Assembly (NCBI GenBank): GCA_040901985.1 | Contig: JBBDYC010000008.1 | Span: 208,490 to 272,489, forward strand | Origin: Gemmatimonadaceae bacterium | GTDB taxonomy: Bacteria; Gemmatimonadota; Gemmatimonadetes; Gemmatimonadales; Gemmatimonadaceae | Direction: 5' to 3' | DNA: 64,000 nucleotides | Shown: positions 58,319-64,000 of the stretch, piece after piece | How positions within the stretch are numbered: position 1 is the first letter of the stretch | How the letters are laid out: every line of letters starts with the position of its first letter | Program-made: the position numbers and the translations under genes | The notes under the pieces: generated by a model | Seen by the model: only the letters and a program-made list of their open reading frames with translations | What the model was told of the DNA's origin: nothing | The model's database searches: none

Positions 58319-59016
58319 CCCGCGCACCCGGACGGACCTCTCTCTCCCTCGCGATGGCAGCGCTCGTTGTCACGGGATGCTTCAAGCTTTCTCGCACCTC
58401 ACCACCGGTGGAGCGGTACGTGCTTGGCGGTGCCGTCGCGGCGCCGGACGAATCGCTCCAGCGGGATTCGGCCGGCCTCTCAATCGGACTGCGGCGACTC
58501 GACCTCGCGCCGTATCTCTCGACACTCGCCATCGTGGTGCGTCGGGCTGACAACGAGATCATCACCACCGGATTCCACCGGTGGGCCGAGAGCCCGAGTG
58601 CCGGATTGAATCGCGCGGTGTCCGGGTATCTCGCCGTCTCGCCCGGCATCCGTGCGGTGGACGTGGCTCCGTGGCCGGTCCGCGCCGAGCACGATTACCT
58701 CGTGCAACTGCACGTGTCGCGGCTGGAAGGCGTGGCGGCCGGCGGTGCTGCCGCGAGAACGGGTGAGTCGCATCTCTTGGCGCGGTGGGAGATCATCCGG
58801 CCGGGCGACGGCGCGTTGGTCGCGCGCGGGGCGACCGATTACCGCTCCCCCGACTGGGTCCTCACCGACTATGCCGGGCTCGTGTCGCGGTTGGATCGCG
58901 GACTGGTGGTGCTGGCGAAGGATCTGGTGGCGTGCCTGGCGCGGCTCGGGCCGGCAGTGCCGGCGGACAGCGTGGCGGGCCCCGCCGCGCCGACGCTGGA
59001 GTGTGCGGCGCGGTGA
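58315..59016 (+). CDS. PqiC family ABC-transport auxiliary lipoprotein
   Basis: Lipobox VTGC, LAPYL, HRWAE. Confidence 0.82.
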   Translation: MTRAPGRTSLSLAMAALVVTGCFKLSRTSPPVERYVLGGAVAAPDESLQRDSAGLSIGLRRLDLAPYLSTLAIVVRRADNEIITTGFHRWAESPSAGLNRAVSGYLAVSPGIRAVDVAPWPVRAEHDYLVQLHVSRLEGVAAGGAAARTGESHLLARWEIIRPGDGALVARGATDYRSPDWVLTDYAGLVSRLDRGLVVLAKDLVACLARLGPAVPADSVAGPAAPTLECAAR

Positions 59017-59023
59017 CGGACGC

Positions 59024-59070
59024 ACGGCACGAGCCCCCTCGAGTGCACGAGGGAACGTGGTTCGTGTCGT
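59024..59070. terminator. Stem-loop between convergent genes
   Basis: acggcacgagcc...ggttcgtgtcgt outer stem (two G-U pairs) enclosing a ccctcg/cgaggg inner stem. Confidence 0.4.
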
Positions 59071-59753
59071 CAGCCCGTATCCAGGCCACCGCGGCGTCGG
59101 AGTGCCTCCACGACCGCCGGCACCTCGCCAATCCGCGCAAACCAGTGATCCGGCGCCGTCGTCTCCAGCTGCGCCCGCGAGAACGGCCCCCAGAGCGCCG
59201 CCCCCGTCACCACCCCCGCCGCGCGCCCGGCCAGCATGTCGTGCGTCGAGTCGCCGACGAAGATCGCCCGCTCGCGACGCCCGCCGATCAGCGAGAGCGC
59301 GTGCCACACCGGCTCCGGCTCCGGCTTGTGCCGCTCCGTCGCGTCAATGCCCACCACCGCGCCAAAGCACTCCTCCACGCCAATGTGCCGCAGCGACCGC
59401 CGCGCGCCCTCCTCGAGCTTCGACGTCACCACCGCCAACCGGTGCCCCGCCGCGTGCAGCGCCCGGACCACTTTCACAACGCCCGGATACGCCGCCGTCT
59501 GCGCGTCGTGGTTGGCTACCTGATACTCGCGGTAGCGCCCACGCAGGTGGAGCAGATCCGCCTCGTCCTCGGCGTACGGCCGGATCATCGCGTCGAGCGG
59601 CGTGCCGATCGCCGCGACCCACTCGTGCACCGGCGGACGCCGCGTGCGATCGGCAAACGCGTGCTCCATCGACGCCACGAGCAGGCCAATGGAATCCACC
59701 AGCGTCCCGTCGAGGTCAAACAACACGGCATACGGCGCGCGAGTTGCCGTCAT
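59070..59753 (-). CDS. HAD family hydrolase (PpaX/phosphoglycolate phosphatase-like)
   Basis: LFDLDGTLVDS, VTSK, HKPEPEP, VGDSTHD. Confidence 0.9.
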   Translation of the reverse strand: MTATRAPYAVLFDLDGTLVDSIGLLVASMEHAFADRTRRPPVHEWVAAIGTPLDAMIRPYAEDEADLLHLRGRYREYQVANHDAQTAAYPGVVKVVRALHAAGHRLAVVTSKLEEGARRSLRHIGVEECFGAVVGIDATERHKPEPEPVWHALSLIGGRRERAIFVGDSTHDMLAGRAAGVVTGAALWGPFSRAQLETTAPDHWFARIGEVPAVVEALRRRGGLDTG

Positions 59754-60925
59754 CCCGACCTCGATACATACGCCCGCCCCTTCCACGACACCCTGCTCCC
59801 ACGCCACGCCGCCTCGGCGAGGATCCACGCAAAGACCAGCGCGCCGAGCGGATGGCTCAGCGCCCAGAGCGGATTGAGCCGCGCATAGTGGTACGTCCCC
59901 ACCCAGAACACCAGGTACGCCGCCGATGAGACGATGCCGAACCAGAGCGTCGCCGCGCCCGCTACGCCGGTGAGGCCAAGGATGAGCGCGACGGTCGGCA
60001 CCAGCGACACCAGCGCCGGCAGCGGGAAGATGAACGGCAAGATGCGGCTCGTGACGGGCCCCACCGGCAGCACGTCCCGTCCCGCGGCGTACACGTTCTT
60101 CCCCCACCCCCGGCGGATCTCGCCCAACGACCGGTACATCCGCGTGCTCATCGCGTCGCGGCCGAGCACCATATGCGCCGCGAGCCCCTGCCGCGCAAGG
60201 CGCTGGGCGAGCATCAGGTCCTCGGCGACGTGCTGCCGCACCCCCTCGTGGCCACCGACCTGGTCGTACGCATCGCGCCGCATCAGGAGAAACTGGCCAT
60301 TGGCGAACTTGCGCCGCGGCTTTAGCGACCGGCTCATCGCCTCGAGGTTCCCGGTGTGCGACATCAGGATCGCGAAGACAAACGGTTGCACGACCTTCTC
60401 CCAGAACGTCACCATCTCCTGGCGGCCGACCACGCTGAACAGCGCGGCGTCGCGCGCGCGGAGCGCGTTGACGCTCCGGGCGAGGAGGTCGGCGCCGTGC
60501 GTGGTGTCGGCGTCGGTGAAGCAGAGCAGGGTACCGCGCGCCTGCATTGCCGCCGTGTGGCAGGCCCACTGCTTGCCGAACCACTCGTTGGGCAGCGGCG
60601 GCGCGTCGAGCACGCGCACCCGCCGGCCGGGATCCTCGGCGGCAATGCGTCGCGCGATGGCGCCGGTGCCGTCGGTCGAGTGGTCGTCCACGACGAACAC
60701 CTCCACCGCGGGATACGTCGTGGCGAGCACGCTGCGCAGGCAGCGTTCGATGTTGTGCGCCTCGTTCCGCGCGGGGATGACCACGCTCACCAGCGGCGCG
60801 TCGGCGGGCGCCGCCGCCGGGTACTCGTCGAGCCGTCGCGACCCGAAGAAGCGGACGACGATGACGACGAGCCAGAGGATCCAAAGTCCCGACGCAAGCC
60901 AGGCCGGCCAGAGGGCGGCGGTCAT
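59750..60925 (-). CDS. GT2 glycosyltransferase, membrane-bound (HpnB/CrtQ-like)
   Basis: IPARNE, VDDHSTDGT, GKQWAC, FTDAD, AEDL, RRGW. Confidence 0.88.
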   Translation of the reverse strand: MTAALWPAWLASGLWILWLVVIVVRFFGSRRLDEYPAAAPADAPLVSVVIPARNEAHNIERCLRSVLATTYPAVEVFVVDDHSTDGTGAIARRIAAEDPGRRVRVLDAPPLPNEWFGKQWACHTAAMQARGTLLCFTDADTTHGADLLARSVNALRARDAALFSVVGRQEMVTFWEKVVQPFVFAILMSHTGNLEAMSRSLKPRRKFANGQFLLMRRDAYDQVGGHEGVRQHVAEDLMLAQRLARQGLAAHMVLGRDAMSTRMYRSLGEIRRGWGKNVYAAGRDVLPVGPVTSRILPFIFPLPALVSLVPTVALILGLTGVAGAATLWFGIVSSAAYLVFWVGTYHYARLNPLWALSHPLGALVFAWILAEAAWRGSRVSWKGRAYVSRSG

Positions 60926-60932
60926 TCGCGCA

Positions 60933-62177
60933 TCACACCTCGCGCTCGCCGCGCGCGAGGATCACCGACGCCGCCATATGCCCGGTCACGTTGGTCGTGG
61001 TGCGGAACATATCGGGGATCGTGTCCACGCCGAGCAGGATGCCGATCCCCTCGACCGGGATCCCCGCTGCCATCAGCACCGGAACCATCACGATGATCGA
61101 CCCCCCCGGCACGCCCGGTACGGAGAACGAGGTGATCAGGCTCGTCACGGCGATGGTCAGCAGTTGCGCGGTGCCGAGGTCCACGCCGTAAAGCTTGGCG
61201 ATGAAGATCACGCCCACGGTCTGGCCGATCCCGGCGCCGGCGCGGAACATTGACGCGGCGAGGGGAATGAAGAAGCTCCCGATCACCGGCGGGAGCCGCA
61301 GCGTGTCCCTGACGCTCTCGAGCATCGCCGGGATCGCGGCGAGCGACGAGCGTGAACTGAAGGCGATTCCCTGCGCGGGGAGCGAGGCGCTCGCGAAGAG
61401 CCGGAACGGCACGCGGCCGAGTATGATGGCGGCAGGGTAGAGCACCAGTCCCACAAAGAGCACGCAGATGACGCTCACGATCACGATGTAGCTCGCCAGC
61501 GCGCCCGCGGCGGCGATCCCCATCCGCGCCGCCAGCGGTACTGCCAGCGCAAAGACGCCGAGCGGTGCAAAGGCGAGGATTGCGCGGACGAGCACCAGCG
61601 CGGCGTCCTGGATTCCCTCGAAGACCCGAGTCACGGCGGCGCGCCGCTCGACGCCGATGCGCGTCAGCGCCGCGGCGAACGCTACGGTGGCGACGATCAC
61701 CGGGAGCATCGCCCCGTCGGCGGCGGCCTTGATCGGGTTGGCCGGCACAAGGTCCACCACCCACTGCCCGACGCTCGGCACGCGGCGCGCGCCCTCGGTG
61801 GCCATGTCCCCTGCGCTCGCCGCGCTCGCGCGCAGCGCCTCGACCGCCGTGGCGTCGAGCGGGAACGCCGCCATCAGCGGCGCGCCGAGCAGCACGCCGA
61901 ACGCCGTGGCCGCCGCGAGGACGATCACGAAGAGCACCAACGCGCGGGCGCCGATCCGCCCCACCGACCGCGGGTCGGGCGCCGACGTCACGCCGACCAC
62001 CAGGCTCGCCACGACGAGCGGGATCACCGTCATCCGGATCGCATTGATGAAGAGCGCGCCGATGGGATCGAGCGCGCGGATGGTGGCGGTGGCCAGCGCG
62101 CTGTCGGAGCCGGCGAGGCCGAGCCCGAGACCGAGGCCGGCGAGGAGCGCGACGAGGACCTGAATGGTGAGCGGCAT
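60933..62177 (-). CDS. Dicarboxylate/amino acid:cation symporter (DAACS)
   Basis: FINAIRMTVIPL, APLGVF, FSSRSS, GVPGG, DMFRTTTNVTG. Confidence 0.92.
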   Translation of the reverse strand: MPLTIQVLVALLAGLGLGLGLAGSDSALATATIRALDPIGALFINAIRMTVIPLVVASLVVGVTSAPDPRSVGRIGARALVLFVIVLAAATAFGVLLGAPLMAAFPLDATAVEALRASAASAGDMATEGARRVPSVGQWVVDLVPANPIKAAADGAMLPVIVATVAFAAALTRIGVERRAAVTRVFEGIQDAALVLVRAILAFAPLGVFALAVPLAARMGIAAAGALASYIVIVSVICVLFVGLVLYPAAIILGRVPFRLFASASLPAQGIAFSSRSSLAAIPAMLESVRDTLRLPPVIGSFFIPLAASMFRAGAGIGQTVGVIFIAKLYGVDLGTAQLLTIAVTSLITSFSVPGVPGGSIIVMVPVLMAAGIPVEGIGILLGVDTIPDMFRTTTNVTGHMAASVILARGEREV

Positions 62178-62245
62178 CGGGGAAAGATGATGCTTCACGG
62201 CGTCGCGCGCCGGGCATAACTTCAACCGACCCCTCTCCCCACCGT

Positions 62246-62608
62246 ATGTCCGCCAAATCCGCCGACGAACTCCTCGCCGAGGCCCGGGCCCGCATCCGCG
62301 AGGTCTCGGCCGCCGACGTGGTCAACGCCCTCAACGGCGGCTCCGCCCCGCTGCTCCTCGACGTCCGCGAGCCACGCGAGACCAATCTTGGCTGCATTGC
62401 CGGCGCACAGGTGATTCCCCTCGGCGACCTGGAGGCAAGGGTCGGGGCAATGATTTCCCGGGACGCCAACGTCGTGATCTACTGCGCGAGAGGGAACCGC
62501 TCGGCGCTCGCCGCCGACGCGATGCAGCGGATGGGCTACACGAACGTGGCCTCGATGGCCGGCGGATGGCTGGCCTGGATGGGACTCGACGGGCCGGTCG
62601 AGGGGTGA
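62246..62608 (+). CDS. Rhodanese-like domain protein
   Basis: LLDVRE, YCARGNRS, MAGGW.AW. Confidence 0.9.
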   Translation: MSAKSADELLAEARARIREVSAADVVNALNGGSAPLLLDVREPRETNLGCIAGAQVIPLGDLEARVGAMISRDANVVIYCARGNRSALAADAMQRMGYTNVASMAGGWLAWMGLDGPVEG

Positions 62609-63219
62609 TGGCCGGCGCGGCCGCCCGGGCGGCATTGGCCGCCCATCGTGAACGCATCGCACGCGCGCTCGCCGCGCGTCCGGCGCGGCTCGCCGAGCGC
62701 GACGAACCCTACCACGAGGCCGCCGTCGCACTCATCCTCAGGCCGAGCGAGGCGCCGGAGGACGTCGAGCTGCTGCTCGTCCGACGCGCCGTGCGTGCCG
62801 GCGACCCGTGGAGCGGCCAGATCGGACTGCCCGGCGGACGGTTCGCGCCCGTTGACGAGTCGCTCGAGGCCACGGCCATCCGCGAGACACGCGAGGAGGT
62901 CGGCCTCGACCTGCCGGCGCGTGGTGTGGCACTCGGCGCGCTCGACGAACTGCGACCGCGCACCCCGGTCCTTCCGCCGATCATCGTGCGCCCGTTCGTC
63001 TGGGCCGTCGAGGGCGCGCCGGCGCTCGCGCCGAACCACGAGATCGCCGAGGCGCGTTGGGTGAGGCTCGGGGACCTCTTCCGCCCGACGGCGCGGGTGC
63101 GCACCGAGGTCGAGGTCCGCGAGGTCCGGTTGAATGTTGACGCGTTCCAGCTCGGCGATTTCACTATCTGGGGGATGACCGAGCGGATCCTCACCACCTT
63201 CGAGGAGGTCTGGCGATGA
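62608..63219 (+). CDS. Nudix hydrolase (CoA pyrophosphatase-like)
   Basis: WSGQIGLPGG, AIRETREEVG, IWGMT. Confidence 0.9.
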   Translation: MAGAAARAALAAHRERIARALAARPARLAERDEPYHEAAVALILRPSEAPEDVELLLVRRAVRAGDPWSGQIGLPGGRFAPVDESLEATAIRETREEVGLDLPARGVALGALDELRPRTPVLPPIIVRPFVWAVEGAPALAPNHEIAEARWVRLGDLFRPTARVRTEVEVREVRLNVDAFQLGDFTIWGMTERILTTFEEVWR

Positions 63220-63851
63220 GCACGGGCTGGCGGGCGCTGGCAATCACGCTCGTGGCATTCGCGGTCGCCTCGCTCGGTGATCGGTGGGTCTTCGAGCACG
63301 CGTACCACCCGACGATCTACGATCACGACTGGGGACGGCTGCTGCGGGTGATGGGGTTCCTTGGCACCTGGATCGCGATCGCCGTCGCGGTGGGACTGCA
63401 CGAGGGGCGAGAGCCGGCGGCGCGGCCGCGCGCGCGGCGGCGGGCCTGGATCCTCTTCTGGTCGCCGGCACTCGGCGGCTCGGTGGCCGAGGTCCTCAAG
63501 ATCGTGATTCGGCGCGAGCGGCCGGCGTTGCACGACGGACTCTACGGATTCCGCCCCTGGGACGAGCGCACCTGGAGCGGGGCGGGACTCTCGTTGCCCA
63601 GCTCGCACGCCGCGGTGGCGTTCGCCGGCGCGGCGATGCTGGCGCGCTACTATCCCCGCGCGCGATGGGTTGGCTACACGCTGGCGGTCGGCTGCGGCGC
63701 GTCTCGCGTGCTGGCACGCGCACATTTCGTCAGCGACATCGTGCTAGCCGCCGGCATTGGTTGGCTTGTCGCGTTTCTCCTGTCGCGCCGCTGGCCGCCC
63801 GAGGGCGCGTCCAGGACGGCGGAGCGGTCCGATCCGCAGGCCGGCGGCTGA
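63216..63851 (+). CDS. PAP2 family membrane phosphatase
   Basis: K...RERP, PSSH, SRV...HFVSD. Confidence 0.88.
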   Translation: MSTGWRALAITLVAFAVASLGDRWVFEHAYHPTIYDHDWGRLLRVMGFLGTWIAIAVAVGLHEGREPAARPRARRRAWILFWSPALGGSVAEVLKIVIRRERPALHDGLYGFRPWDERTWSGAGLSLPSSHAAVAFAGAAMLARYYPRARWVGYTLAVGCGASRVLARAHFVSDIVLAAGIGWLVAFLLSRRWPPEGASRTAERSDPQAGG

Positions 63852-64000
63852 GTCGGCGATCAGCGATGCGAGACGCGTGGCGCGCGTCTCCGACATCTTC
63901 GTCGAGACCGCCGCCCGTCGGTTCCGCACGGCGCAGAACCACCCCCGCGGACGGTCGGTCCGCCCACCTCGAGACTCCACGACCCGGAGAACGAGAAGGA

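Noticed and set aside
63852..64000. Short hairpin (gagacgcg...cgcgtctc) and purine-rich end of the window
   Set aside because: Probably an ordinary intergenic region and the RBS of the next gene; cannot be resolved at the window edge

Overview
Very GC-rich, densely coding bacterial chromosome segment. The gene repertoire (receptor-like Ser/Thr kinase with TPR-like repeats, several DUF4097 proteins, many secreted hydrolases) suggests Gemmatimonadota, but that is an inference. I found about 65 CDSs and no tRNA, rRNA, CRISPR array, integrase or transposase. Recognisable blocks are: an aerobic 2-aminobenzoate (anthranilate) CoA-degradation operon with a MarR regulator, followed by a FabH-like gene; an Xdh/Ior molybdoenzyme operon; arginase plus a TIGR00300-type putative ornithine cyclodeaminase; an ECF sigma/anti-sigma/3x DUF4097 operon; and an MlaE/F/D + PqiC ABC system. 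The least ordinary part is 44.4-55.2 kb. It holds (i) a translationally coupled Eco57I-like N6-adenine DNA methyltransferase and SNF2-like helicase with no evident nuclease, and (ii) a four-gene module of metzincin-like lipoprotein, CxxC/Ig-like lipoprotein, membrane Ser/Thr kinase and a 67-aa membrane peptide, closed by a perfect 18-bp hairpin. Across the window, ATCGAC/GTCGAC appear to be avoided through codon choice. Two single-base frameshifts in G-runs look like assembly errors. All annotation is by eye from motifs, and start codons are best guesses.
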